64,000 nucleotides of DNA from an uncultured Chloroflexia bacterium (GCA_963849635.1 CAWKIA010000024.1:33615-97614); one strand, 5' to 3'. Shown: positions 1 to 10,440, counted from the stretch's first letter. Notes: generated by a model from the letters alone, not told the origin. Program-made: numbers and translations.

Positions 1-560
1 GCCAATCGTGCCGATCATGATCGGCGCCCCGGATGGGCGTGGACCCCGCGGGCGGAGTTCGCAGTCGTTCGCCTGGTAGAAGCGGCCGGAATAGTCGATG
101 TGCCCGTCGCGCAGGAGCCCGCGATGATCGTGATCGCCTCCTCGAATCGGGAGACGCGGTGGTCGAACGGGTAGCCGAAGGCCGTGTATTCCGGCTCGTG
201 CCAGCCCGATCCAATCCCGAGGATTAGCCGCCCGCCGCTGATCTCATCGACCGTGTCCGCCATCTTGGCGAGCAGGGCGGGATTGCGGAATCCACCGCCG
301 AGCACCCAGGTGCCGATCTGGACGCGAGATGTCGTGGCGGCGAGGGCGGAGACCAGCGACCAGGCTTCCCAGATGCCGTAGTCTGGTGTGCCGGGAGGAC
401 GGTGGATCAGGTGGTCAGGAATCCAGATCGAATCGAACCCGACATCTTCGGCGACTCGCGCCCGAGCCGCAAGATCGTGCCAGCTTGGGGTGGTGGTGCC
501 CCCGCGATCCTCGACAGACGTGATGATCAGCCCGACTTTGATCGGTCGCTGTTTCGACAT
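1..560 (-). CDS. LLM-class (luciferase-like) flavin/F420-dependent oxidoreductase; 3' end runs off the window; frameshift near 118
   Basis: Starts MSKQRPIKVGL at ATG 560. LLM motifs [39 protein letters not shown]. After a shift near 118 it continues LLRDGHIDYSGRFYQANDCELRPRGPRPSGAPIMIG. Confidence 0.85.
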
Positions 561-561
561 G

Positions 562-1566
562 TTACTCACCACCTGCATCCTTGACCAGGGCGGTGTCGAT
601 CGTGTCGAACACGCTGTGGCGAGGCGCGTAGCCAAGCATCCCCCGAGCTTTGGCGGTGCTGTGGTGGATCCGAATCGGTTCACCGGGGACTGTCGCCTCG
701 ACGATGGGCTGTCCGGTCTTACCGGCGATATAGGAAACGGCTTCGTCGAAGGCGAAGGGGGCCGGGCCGCTCAGATTGAACGCCTCTCCGATCGCGGCCG
801 GCTTCTCAAGCAGCAGGAGCAGGCCCTGGACGAGATCGCGCACGTCGCAGAAGTGGAAGAGCCACGGCCGGCCCGATTCGTCGCGAGGTATCCAGAGCTG
901 GTTGGTGTCGGGCAACACTCTCGCCGCCAGTTCGTCGGCGACAGCCTCGCCGTTCCGGCCGCGGACGAACTCGATCATGGAGCGAAGATGCAGGAAGTTG
1001 CCGAGTGGCCGGTCAGGGCGGAGAACCTCCCACGGTTCAATCGTCAGGGCAAAGCGGGCGATTGCGCCCGGAATTCCGTGCGCCCGACCGTAGTAGCGCA
1101 CCAGGTCCTCGCCACTGAGCTTGGTGTAGCCGTAGAAGCTGTAGGGATTGGTCGGGTGGCTCTCGTCGATCGGCAGGTATTTGGCGTGGAGGGAAGGGTA
1201 GACCTCGTCGCTGCTGGCAAAGACGAAGCGCTTGATGCCGGGGTTGTGCACCGCTATGGCGTGCAGGACGTTGAACGTCGAACGCAGATTGTCTTCCATC
1301 AGGGCGGGATCATCTTCGCCCTTGCGGAAGAGCAGCATCGCGCCGAGGTGCATCACCGCGTCACACCCGTGGACGGCCTGAGCGCAAAACTCGGGGTCGC
1401 GCAGGTTCCCCTGGATGCAGGTCGCCCCGGCTCGTTCCGCCCGCTCCAGACCAGGATCGTCCGGTAAGAGCACGGCGCGCACGTCCGCGCCCTGAGCGAT
1501 GAGAGCATCGGTCAGATTTCGCCCGATTCTGCCGGCCGCGCCGGTCACCAGCACTTTCACTGACAA
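562..1566 (-). CDS. NAD-dependent epimerase/dehydratase (extended SDR)
   Basis: N-terminal Rossmann motif VLVTGAAGRIG, ASSDEVY, and YxxxK (YGYTK). Confidence 0.9.
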   Translation of the reverse strand: MSVKVLVTGAAGRIGRNLTDALIAQGADVRAVLLPDDPGLERAERAGATCIQGNLRDPEFCAQAVHGCDAVMHLGAMLLFRKGEDDPALMEDNLRSTFNVLHAIAVHNPGIKRFVFASSDEVYPSLHAKYLPIDESHPTNPYSFYGYTKLSGEDLVRYYGRAHGIPGAIARFALTIEPWEVLRPDRPLGNFLHLRSMIEFVRGRNGEAVADELAARVLPDTNQLWIPRDESGRPWLFHFCDVRDLVQGLLLLLEKPAAIGEAFNLSGPAPFAFDEAVSYIAGKTGQPIVEATVPGEPIRIHHSTAKARGMLGYAPRHSVFDTIDTALVKDAGGE

Positions 1567-1571
1567 TCCCT

Positions 1572-2636
1572 TCAGCCGGCAGATCGTTGCCGGCCCGCGA
1601 TCGCGGCGAGGGCAGCGATCGTTGAATCGACGTGGACAATGAACTCAGCCGTGATTTCAATCTGGTGGGCGACCGGCGGGTTGGGATCGAGATCGGCGGT
1701 GTTATTCCAATTGCCGCCCGCTTCCTGTCCCGCGCGAAACCAGTCGCCCATCTTGATGAGCCACGGCTCATACGCCGCATCGCCGGACGCGAGCGAGATC
1801 AGAGAACTCCCCCAGGCGCTCTTGCAGACTTGCTTCGTTTCGAATTGGCCGGGTGTCGTCTCCATCGAAAAGCGCTGATATGCGCCCGCGAGATTGAGCC
1901 AGCGATCTTCACCGGTGGCCATGAAGAGATGAGCGAGGCAGGCGGCCGCAATTCCGCCGTTGTAGTGGTATTGCTGGATCTCACCCGACTCGTTGATGTA
2001 CTGCTTACGGTTCTCGCCCTCCGGCACCTCGGTGGCGAGCCCACCGGCGGTGGTCCAGATCGTGTAGAGGCGATCGGGCAATTCGGGCTGTGCTCGCCAC
2101 AGGCGCTCCAGCCACTCACCCACCTTGATTGCCTCGTCGATGCGGCCGGTGATTGTGGCGGACATGCCGTATTGGCAGGTGGGGAAGAGGAGTTGACGGC
2201 CGTCGGGGCCAGTCTCCTCTCGGTTCATGAAGACTCCGCCAGTTTCGGGGTCTTGAAACTGGCTGGCAAAGGACATCGCCCGGCGGGCGATGTCGAACCG
2301 GCGGAGGAGCATCGCACCGTAGGCAAGAATGGTCTCCGGGTACGTATTGGTAGAGCGATTGGCGACGGGATCCCACGCGACCGCCGCGTTGAACCGGCCG
2401 TCACTGCCCAACCGTGTGCGCTCGATCCAGTCGAGCACGCGCATCCCGGCCGCCGTCTCGCCGCAGACTTGGAGCGCCCACGGCACCCGGTAGTAGCTGA
2501 CCCTCGAGCGGCCAGAGTCAGCGACCTCCCCGTCCGCCGCGATGTTCGCGAGCAGGAAATCGCAACCCTTACGCCGAGTCTCCAGATAGCTCGCGAACTT
2601 CTCCTCGATTGCGACGTCCGCTGTTGCCACCATCAT
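1572..2636 (-). CDS. Hypothetical protein, probable (alpha/alpha)6 toroid fold
   Basis: Intact 354-aa ORF packed in the operon. Helical repeats ending in QxxxGG-like turns (QDPETGG, QEAGGNW) resemble prenyltransferase/squalene-cyclase-like barrels. Function unknown. Confidence 0.7.
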   Translation of the reverse strand: MMVATADVAIEEKFASYLETRRKGCDFLLANIAADGEVADSGRSRVSYYRVPWALQVCGETAAGMRVLDWIERTRLGSDGRFNAAVAWDPVANRSTNTYPETILAYGAMLLRRFDIARRAMSFASQFQDPETGGVFMNREETGPDGRQLLFPTCQYGMSATITGRIDEAIKVGEWLERLWRAQPELPDRLYTIWTTAGGLATEVPEGENRKQYINESGEIQQYHYNGGIAAACLAHLFMATGEDRWLNLAGAYQRFSMETTPGQFETKQVCKSAWGSSLISLASGDAAYEPWLIKMGDWFRAGQEAGGNWNNTADLDPNPPVAHQIEITAEFIVHVDSTIAALAAIAGRQRSAG

Positions 2637-2667
2637 CGCGTTCCCTCCAATGCTGTGCAGCGTGGAA

Positions 2668-3552
2668 TCACAGTCGTCGCAATCGCGGGTCGAGTCGATC
2701 GCGCATCGCGTCTCCGACGGTATTGAGCGAGAGCACGAGGACGAAGATCGATATTCCCGGCGCGAGCACGTACCACGGCGCCTGGGCCGGATAGCTCTGG
2801 GCGCTTTTGAGCATCGTGCCCCAGGTCGCGGTGGGCGGCTGGACCCCGAGCCCGAGGTAACTGAGTCCCGCCTCGATGAGCACCGCCACCGCCATCGCCA
2901 GTGTGATCTGCACCATGATGGAAGGGAGGCAATTCGGCAGGATGTGGCGCAGGATCAGGCGCGTCTCCGACGCGCCCGCCGCGCGGCTGGCGGTCACGAA
3001 GTCTTCGTGCTTGAGCACCAGCACACTGCCGCGGACAAGACGGGCAAAGCGGGGCAGGTAGATCGCGCCGATCGTCAGGACAATCGACTTCTGGGACGCC
3101 CCCATTGCCGCCACTACCAGGATCGAGAAGAGTACCGCCGGGAAAGCGAGCAGGGCGTCCTGAAACCGCATGATGAAGGAGTCGATGAACCCACCGCGGA
3201 AGCCCGCGATCACGCCCAGCGGCACCCCGGTCGCGACTGCCGCCGTCACGCCAAGCACGCTGATCACGAGCTCAACCCGCGCGCCATGGATGATCCGGCT
3301 GAGGATGTCGCGGCCGAACTCGTCCGTTCCCGCCAGGTGACGCCAGGACGGTGCGGCGAGCAGGTCTTTGCCGAGCGCATCTGGATCGGACGGTGCCAGC
3401 AGTCCAGGAACAAGCGCCGCGATAACCGCGAGAAGCACGAACGTGAGGGCGACGGCAAAGAGTGGGTCGGCGTGCCGGCCAAGGATCCGGCGGCGGAGAC
3501 CGATCCACATCGCGCTCGGGCTACGTGGCGCAGCAAGCGTGTGGCTGCTCAC
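2668..3552 (-). CDS. Peptide/nickel-type ABC transporter permease (DppC/OppC-like)
   Basis: HLAGTDEFGRDILSRIIHGAR; EAA loop FVTASRAAGAS; LSYLGLGVQPPTATWG. Confidence 0.95.
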   Translation of the reverse strand: MSSHTLAAPRSPSAMWIGLRRRILGRHADPLFAVALTFVLLAVIAALVPGLLAPSDPDALGKDLLAAPSWRHLAGTDEFGRDILSRIIHGARVELVISVLGVTAAVATGVPLGVIAGFRGGFIDSFIMRFQDALLAFPAVLFSILVVAAMGASQKSIVLTIGAIYLPRFARLVRGSVLVLKHEDFVTASRAAGASETRLILRHILPNCLPSIMVQITLAMAVAVLIEAGLSYLGLGVQPPTATWGTMLKSAQSYPAQAPWYVLAPGISIFVLVLSLNTVGDAMRDRLDPRLRRL

Positions 3553-3570
3553 CGCCGACGGTCCTCCACG

Positions 3571-4527
3571 CTACGAGACCCGGAGCTTCGGGTTGAGCAG
3601 CCCGTATCCGAGATCGACGGCGAGATTGACCAACGTCAGTCCAACCGCGACGAACAGCACCGAGGTCTGCACGAGCGGGTAATCGCGGTCGAAGATCGCC
3701 TGCACGGTAAGCCAGCCGATCCCGGACCAGCCAAAGACCTGCTCGATGATGACCGCGCCACCGAGCAGCGCCCCGATCTCGAGACCGGCAATGGTGAGCA
3801 CGGGAATGAGCGCGTTGCGAACCGCGTGCTTGACGATCACGACGCGCTCGCGCAGTCCCTTGGCGCGCGCGGTGCGGACGTAGTCCGCGGCAAGCACATC
3901 GATCAGGTCAGCACGAAGGAAGCGCATCAGCGTCGCGGAGAGATACAGGCCAAGCGTAGCCGCCGGCATCAGCAATCGCTGGATGTTCTCAACCGGGTCT
4001 TCGGTGAAGGGCACGTACCCAGACGCCGGCAGCCACTTCAGCTTGACACTGAAGACCAGGATCAGGGCCAGCCCAAACCAGAAACTCGGCACCGCGAGCC
4101 CCGCGCTGACGAAACCGACGGCGGCACGGTCGACGATCGTCCCTCGTCGGATTGCCGCCAGGATGGCCATGGGAAAACTGACGAAGAACGCAAACAGCGA
4201 AGCCGCCAGGACAAGTTCTAGCGTGGCCGGCAGCTTCTGGACGAAGAGGTCAAAGGTCGGCCGTTTGCTCCGGACGGAGTCCCCGAACTCCCCTTGAGAC
4301 AAGTCCTGTAACCAGAGCACGTACTGAACGGGAATCGGGCGATCCAATCCCATCTCGTGACGAAGCGCTTCCAGCTTCGGCTTGTTCTCCTCGCGGGCCG
4401 CTTCCCGGCCCATTTTCATTGCCGCCGGATCGCCTGGCGCCATCCGGATCAGGGCGAAGACGATGATCGAGACAAAGAAGAGCGTGGGAATGGCCTCGAG
4501 ACATCGTCGCGCCGCATACCGGGCCAT
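3571..4527 (-). CDS. Peptide/nickel-type ABC transporter permease (DppB/OppB-like)
   Basis: APGDPA, GLDRPIPVQY, YVRTARAKGL, GAVIIEQVFGWSGIG, DYPLVQ. Confidence 0.95.
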   Translation of the reverse strand: MARYAARRCLEAIPTLFFVSIIVFALIRMAPGDPAAMKMGREAAREENKPKLEALRHEMGLDRPIPVQYVLWLQDLSQGEFGDSVRSKRPTFDLFVQKLPATLELVLAASLFAFFVSFPMAILAAIRRGTIVDRAAVGFVSAGLAVPSFWFGLALILVFSVKLKWLPASGYVPFTEDPVENIQRLLMPAATLGLYLSATLMRFLRADLIDVLAADYVRTARAKGLRERVVIVKHAVRNALIPVLTIAGLEIGALLGGAVIIEQVFGWSGIGWLTVQAIFDRDYPLVQTSVLFVAVGLTLVNLAVDLGYGLLNPKLRVS

Positions 4528-4567
4528 CTGGGTTCCTCAAAACGATCACGCAATCAGACGGGGACAT

Positions 4568-4651
4568 CGTAGGGGTGCGATTTATCGCGCCCGGCTGCCA
4601 GCCACGAACGATCGTGAAGGGAACGTGGGCGCGATTTATCGCGCCCCTACG
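4568..4651. repeat. Inverted pair of GTAG-type REP palindromes (REPIN-like)
   Basis: CGTAGGGGTGCGATTTATCGCGCCC (4568-4592) and GGGCGCGATTTATCGCGCCCCTACG (4627-4651) in inverted orientation, between the SBP and permease genes. Confidence 0.75.
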
Positions 4652-4665
4652 AAATCCAGGGCCCT

Positions 4666-6246
4666 CTACTCGCCTATCTTTGCGCCACTGACGAAGACGA
4701 AGCCGAGCGGGTTGATCTCCCATCCTGTTACGTCCGGGGCCAGCAACGACGCCTGGGGTGCCTCCTGAATGACCATGATCGGTAGCTCCTGCACCGTCAG
4801 GTCCTGGAGCTCGCCATAGAGCGCCGTCCGCTCCGCCTGGTCGAGGGTCTGGTTCGATTCGGTCGCGAGGCGCGCCGCATCGGGGTTTGTCCAGCCGTCG
4901 TCCAAATGGGGCTTGAGGCCGAGGCTGACGAAGTAGTTCGGGTCCGCGAAACCTGGGAAGACGTTCCAGATCACGTCGTAGGTGTGGTTGATGTAGTTGT
5001 CCAACCAAACGGAGAGTTCCTGGACCTCGATGTTCATGGTGATACCAGCTTCGGCGAGGCCGGCCTGCCAGATCGTCGCGGCCTTTTCTCCATCGGGATA
5101 GCCCTGAATGCAGAGACAAGTGAACTCAAGGTCGGTGACGCTGGCTTCCGTGAGCAGCGCGGTGGCGGCAGCGGGGTCGTACGGATAGCCTGCTTCTTCT
5201 TTGTAGGCCCAGTGGGTCGACCCGACAAAGCTCCACTTCGGAAAGCCCTCGCCGTTGAAGACGGTCGCCTGGACCGCCGCCTTGTCGAGACAGTGGGCGA
5301 GCGCCTGACGGACCGCCACGTTGGACCGGATTGCCTCGTGATTCTTGCCGAGCATCTCGAAGAGGTGAATTGAGGTCGTTGGAACGATCACGGCGGACAC
5401 GTCGGTCGAGTCCTTGAGCGGCGCCGCCTGCGAAACCGGGACGTTCAGCACCGCGTCCACCGTGTCGCTCTGCAGGTTGGTGATCGCGATCTGGGCTTCC
5501 GGGATGATCTTGAACGTCAGCTTATCGACACCCGGCACGCCCGACTCGTGGTAGTTCGGGTTGCGCTCGAGCACGATGCTGTCGTTGGGCGTCCATTCGA
5601 CAAACGTGAATGGGCCGGTTCCGACTGCCGTGGTTTCGATCTCTTCGGCGATCTCGGGCGAGATGATGCTTAGCGGAACAAGGCCATCGAGGAAGTCTGC
5701 CTGCACGTTCGTAAGGGTGATCTTGACTGTCTTCGGATCGACGACCTCATAGCCGGCGATGTTGGCCACGCGGCTCGCCCAGACTGTCTCCTTCTCCGCG
5801 ATCCGCTTGAAGGAGAACTCGATATGGCTCGCCTCGACCGCCTGCCCGCTGTGGTAGGTCAGGCCATCCTTGAGTGTGAAGATGTAGGTCTTGTCGTCGG
5901 GATTCTCCCAGGATGCAGCCAGATCGCCGACGTAGCTGAGGTCCGGTGCGTACTTCACCAGGCCGTTGAAGACGGTGAAGCGCATCATGTTGCCAAAGAC
6001 GAGGAGCTGGCTGACATGAGGATCGGTCGTGTCGATGTCGCCGTCGGCCGCGACGACCAGTTCGCCGCCATCCTGGGCGAGCACCCTGAGGCTGCCCAAT
6101 CCAGGTGTCGCCAGGGCCGCACCGAGGGCGGTTGCCCCGACGCCGAGGAGTCCAGCCTTCTCCATCAACGTTCGACGATTGAGTTTGCCCTGGAAGAAAG
6201 CGCTAACCAACGATTCGGCTCGAATGCTCTCGGTGCGGTCCCGCAT
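4666..6246 (-). CDS. ABC transporter substrate-binding protein, family 5 (Tat-like leader)
   Basis: GGAGGAG RBS before ATG 6246. NRRTLM twin-Arg leader; GTGPFTFVEW; DPHVS; family-5 architecture. Confidence 0.92.
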   Translation of the reverse strand: MRDRTESIRAESLVSAFFQGKLNRRTLMEKAGLLGVGATALGAALATPGLGSLRVLAQDGGELVVAADGDIDTTDPHVSQLLVFGNMMRFTVFNGLVKYAPDLSYVGDLAASWENPDDKTYIFTLKDGLTYHSGQAVEASHIEFSFKRIAEKETVWASRVANIAGYEVVDPKTVKITLTNVQADFLDGLVPLSIISPEIAEEIETTAVGTGPFTFVEWTPNDSIVLERNPNYHESGVPGVDKLTFKIIPEAQIAITNLQSDTVDAVLNVPVSQAAPLKDSTDVSAVIVPTTSIHLFEMLGKNHEAIRSNVAVRQALAHCLDKAAVQATVFNGEGFPKWSFVGSTHWAYKEEAGYPYDPAAATALLTEASVTDLEFTCLCIQGYPDGEKAATIWQAGLAEAGITMNIEVQELSVWLDNYINHTYDVIWNVFPGFADPNYFVSLGLKPHLDDGWTNPDAARLATESNQTLDQAERTALYGELQDLTVQELPIMVIQEAPQASLLAPDVTGWEINPLGFVFVSGAKIGE

Positions 6247-6557
6247 ATGCTCCTCCATGTTCACGTAGTTTGCTGCCGGTCAGAGTGAATTACTCGTGCG
6301 ATATTCCTTCCCGGGACAGGCCGATTCCGCACGCCCTCGCGCCATGCAGCGCCGCGAGGACAGTCCCGTCGTGCAAGGAATCCGCATACCCGGAGCAAGA
6401 GGGTTGCATCCTATCCGGCGCATCCGGTTTGTCAAGCGTCCCAACGCGAGCGGCGGACCAACTGAAGTCCAACATCAACTCGATAGCACGATGGAGCCCA
6501 GTGACACTCTCTCGTCCGCTTGGCCGTGGCGGCAAGGACGCGTGGCAGCGGCACCGT

Positions 6558-8071
6558 CTAATCCAGGCTGAACGGCGGCACCGTCGTCTTGAAGAGCCAG
6601 TCCTCAAAGAAGGCGCTGAGTTCTTGGCCACTGATCTCTTCGGCGAGGGCGATGAAGTCGGCGGTGGTGGCATTGTCATGACGATAGCGCTCTGTCCACG
6701 CTTGGAGGAGCGTGAAGAAGGCGTCGTCTCCGACGGTGATTCTGAGGGCGTGGAGGGTCAGGGCGCCACGGCCATAGATCGCGGTGGGCGAGAAGAGTTG
6801 GTCCGGACCGGGGTCGCCGGTGAGCAGCGGCGGGCCGGGTGCGAACAGGTTCTGAAGTCTCCTGTTGCGCGCTTCCACTCCTTGCGAGTGTTCGAGCCAG
6901 AGTACTTCGGCGTAGACGGCGAACCCTTCGCTCAGCCAGATATCGCGCCAGTTGTGAATACTGACCGAATCGCCGAACCACTGGTGGGCTAATTCGTGGA
7001 CGATTGTGAGCTCGAAGCTGCTCAGCAGGTTGGGCGCGACCGGAACGTCTCGGCCTTCGCGCAGGGACCCGAAGATTGGGAGCGTCTGCGTCTCGAGTGC
7101 CAATCCGATCGATTCACTGATGACCGTGGCCCCAAGCGATTCGAACGGGTATGGCCCGAAGACAGACTCCAGATAGGCAAGGATCTCAGGGATTTTCCTG
7201 AAGGTAGCGCGCTGATCGTCGGGAACGGTCGGAGCGAACGAGATCTGGATCGGGAGTCCGGTGGCGCCATTGAGGTTCTCGGTCTCGAGCAACCCGGCAT
7301 GGAGGGTGACGAGGTAACTGGCCATCGGATCGGGCGAATCCCAGACAAACGTTGTGCTCTCCCCGTTGTCGACGTGATCGATGAGGGAACCATTGGCGAC
7401 GACAGTGAACGGCTCGGGTACGGTGTAGCGGGCGGTGTAGGATGCTTTGTCGGCGGGATGCTCATTGACCGGGTACCAGTAGCGGCTGCCGGTCGGCTCG
7501 CCCAGGGTAAAGATCTCGCTGTCGGTTGCAAACCAGCCACCCCGAATGACCGGCGTTTCGTCGGGATCGGCTCCACCCAGGCCAATGGTCGAATCTTCGA
7601 GCGCCGGCGGAGCGGGACGCGCCAGGGACGCCGCCACCGGGGTGCCGTGATAGCGCACGGTGACCGCGAAAGATGTGCCGGTGGCGATAGGCTCCGCGGG
7701 AGTAATGGTCAGTTCCTTGCCGTTTCGGGCGTACTGCGTTGGGACACCGTCGACCGAGATGGCATCGATGGTGAGCCCTTCGAAGTCCAGGTTGAATGCG
7801 CAGAGGCTGGTCGACGCCTGAGCGTCGATGGTGACGGTCGCTTCAGCGATCTCGCCCCAGTTCCGTCAAGGTTGAGGTCCAGATCGTAGTGGAGCACGTC
7901 GTAGCCGCCGTTGCCCATCGTCGGGTAGTAAGGGTCCCCGATGCCGTTCGACCCGATTGCACAGGAAGAGCTGGAAGACTGGGTGGCGCCGATGGCGCGG
8001 ACCGGTATGCCGGCGGTGAGAATGAGAACGAAGAGGAGAGCGAATTGAGGGTTCCAGATTCGGCCCCGCAT
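6558..8071 (-). CDS. M1-family zinc aminopeptidase, secreted; frameshift near 7860
   Basis: Signal peptide, then GDPYYPTMGNGGYDVLHYDL (ORF 7709..8092) joins ORF 6558..7658. Carries HELAHQWFGD and WLSEGFAVYAE (HEXXH-x18-E). Confidence 0.88.
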
Positions 8072-8203
8072 CGCTTTGTCCCTTTCTTGCACAGTCCGTA
8101 CGGCGTCCGGCCTGGGCGATGGCGGACGATCCAGACGTAGCGTGAGTCTGATCTAGTCAGGACTGCCGGCGCAACCGATGTCTTCCCGCGCCAATATATA
8201 AGA

Positions 8204-8237
8204 GCGAGCGCCGGGGCCATGTGGCACCGGCGCTCGC
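8204..8237 (-). terminator. Probable intrinsic terminator downstream of the 8265..9879 gene
   Basis: Stem GCGAGCGCCGG/CCGGCGCTCGC followed on the minus strand by TCTTATAT. Confidence 0.5.
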
Positions 8238-8264
8238 GTCTCATCGGTGGAATTTGTCGAAGGT

Positions 8265-9879
8265 TTACTTCGAGATGAAGTAGACGACGAGCGCGGCGGA
8301 CGGCTGATCCGGGGTGAGGACGAAGCCACCCGCGTGGGGCTCCTGGATCGTAGTGCCATCGGTGGTGAAGGCGAACCAGTCGTAGCCGGCCGGGTAGGCG
8401 TACACCATGTTCGAGTAGGCGATGCCGCTCGAGATGTCCTGGCTGATGGTCAGGCCCGACCACGTGAAGGCGCCTCCGTTGAGGGATGCGTCTGCGAGGT
8501 GCAGGTCGGTGTCGCCCTGGAAGCCGAAGTCGAATCCGTCGGTGATGAGGGTGCAATCTGGGCTGTAGAGCGTGGCGAAGGTCATGCCCGCCGGGCAAGC
8601 GTAGAAGCTCGCCTCAATGGAGCCGGTGTTGGCGGGCTCGCCCGAGCCTGCCTCATCGCCGAGTTGAACGGTGCGGCTGATGCACAGGTACTCCCGTTCC
8701 GCCGGAAGATCGACATTCACGACGCTGGCGTCGAACTCGACATGGGGGAGATCGGCGCTGCTGTCCTGGCCGCCGCAGATGCCCACGGAGTGCCCCAACT
8801 CTGAGCCAGAATCGAGGACGACCTGGTACGGGCCAGCCGGCAGTCCGAGGAAGGCGGCCGTGGCATTGACCGGATCAACTCCGGAGGAGAAGCTCTCGCC
8901 AGTGTTGAGGTTGGTGATCGTGACGAGCATATCGGTGACGGCCCCGCCGCCAAAGCATGGATTTCCAGCGCTGGTGTCCTGCGCTTGCTCGATGGTCACA
9001 CCGGCCGGGCAGAGCTCGGTCAAAACGAGGATCTTGCTGGTGCTGGCGGAGACAGGGTCGGAGTTCGGGACCTGGGTGGCGACCGGCGAGGCATCCGCGG
9101 TCGGGTTGGACTCAGCGGCCGGAATCTCGTCGCCGATCACGGCGACGACCACGCGAGTTCCGTCCTCGCTGGCTTCGATGTCGACCGTGCCATCGACGGC
9201 AGTGGCGTCGCCTGCCTCAAGGTCATCATTTCCGATCGTGGCAGCGCCCGACAGGACAATAACCAGGGCAGGAGCGGAGGAGCGGATGGATGTGGACTCC
9301 CCTTCGTCCAACTTCGCTGCGATCAACTCGACCGAGCGGTCGCCGTTAGGAGCAGTGAAGGCTTCGCTGGCGAAGACCAGGGTGTCGCCGTTCGGGTCGC
9401 TCGACTCCGCTGCCGGCACCAGTCCGATCCTTAAAGTAGGAGGTGCTGGCGTCGCCCAGGCTTTCGCGGCGCTGGACCGTTCCTTCGTTTGTGAAGGCGG
9501 CTTCTCCGCTGGCAAGGTGAACGCGGGCGCCGGTGGCCTCATCGGTCAAGAGCAGGTCGTCGCCGGTCGCAATCGCGAATCCCAGCGCCCGCTCCTCAAA
9601 GCCGGCCGTGCCAATCTCTTCGGCAGTGTCTTCGACGAGACGCCATGCGATCTCTCCGCTCGGCAGCGAGTCGACTCCCTGAGCGACGACTTCGGCGTTG
9701 TTGCCCGCCAGAGACGAGCCATTCGACGCGTTAGCGTCGACCTGTGCGATGGCCCGGGATTGAGCTGCAGGAAGCAAAGACAGAACGAAGACGAGCAATG
9801 CGGTGGTAATCGCGATCCGCCGGAGCGGGCGCAAGGAGAGATGAAACGCGGCCGAGGGAACGCGCAAAGACACGGACAT
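8265..9879 (-). CDS. Secreted protein with cupin-like N-terminal region and Cys-paired C-terminal repeats; frameshift near 9430
   Basis: ORF 9346..9879 (signal peptide, VVAQGVDSLPSGEIAWRL) joins ORF 8265..9542 at ...ASTSY|LRIGLVPA. Two CP(A)G-initiated domains follow. Confidence 0.65.
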
Positions 9880-10109
9880 ATTCCTTTCGAGGGATCCTGC
9901 GACCCTGTGGTTGAAATGGAACGAGTCGGGAGTGGACGTGCTCTCGCACCTGATTCGTTACCGGTTTACGTTCAGGGCATCGAGCGATGTCATAAGAATG
10001 TCTTACGTCTGGCGGCATGCCAACAGTGGGATCATGTAATCGTGGTCGCCGACTATGCGGTGCTGTCTAAGCATCTCGGCAAGATGCTTAAGCCCGGAAG
10101 CCAGGGGCT

Positions 10110-10280
10110 CGAACTAATTCGCTTTGCTCCAAAGCGTTGGCAGTGATGTCCAGAGCGAGGCGGGTCTTGCCGACATCCCAGGTCCGATCATTGTTACAAG
10201 GTGGCGTCCGTGCTCGCCGAGCAGAGCGCGGACTTCGTCGGTCTCGCGCACCCGGCCGATCAAGGGCGTCATCGGGGGTG
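10110..10280 (-). pseudogene. Remnant of an ATPase/LuxR-type (STAND) regulator N-terminus
   Basis: Across frames reads MTPLIGRVRETDEVRALLGEHGRHLVTMIGPG.VGKTRLALDI, a broken Walker A. No downstream continuation. Confidence 0.55.
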
Positions 10281-10372
10281 AACAGGGGGGCGGTGATCAT
10301 GGGGCTGTGTGGAGAACCGGTGCGACAGTCTGAGGCTGGCTCGCAAGCGTCAACAACGCCAGGACGCCGCCG

Positions 10373-10414
10373 TTGACACAATGATTCGGAGGCCGTATTA
10401 TTCGGAGTACGAAT
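10373..10414 (+). promoter_or_regulatory. Sigma70-type promoter with overlapping palindromic operator(s) for the marR-MFS unit
   Basis: TTGACA (10373-78), 17 nt, TATTAT (10396-10401). Palindrome ATTCG-N5-CGAAT at 10400-10414; degenerate copy at 10384-10398. Confidence 0.65.
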
Positions 10415-10440
10415 GGTTCGGCAGCCGAAAGGAAGCAACA

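Noticed and set aside
388-4221. Long plus-strand ORFs (388..1467, 1632..2726, 2650..4221)
   Set aside because: Antisense shadows of well-supported minus-strand genes, expected in high-GC DNA; no recognisable motifs.
8671-10146. 491-aa plus-strand ORF
   Set aside because: Antisense to the secreted cupin-like gene; Ser/Arg/Pro-rich with no domain signal.
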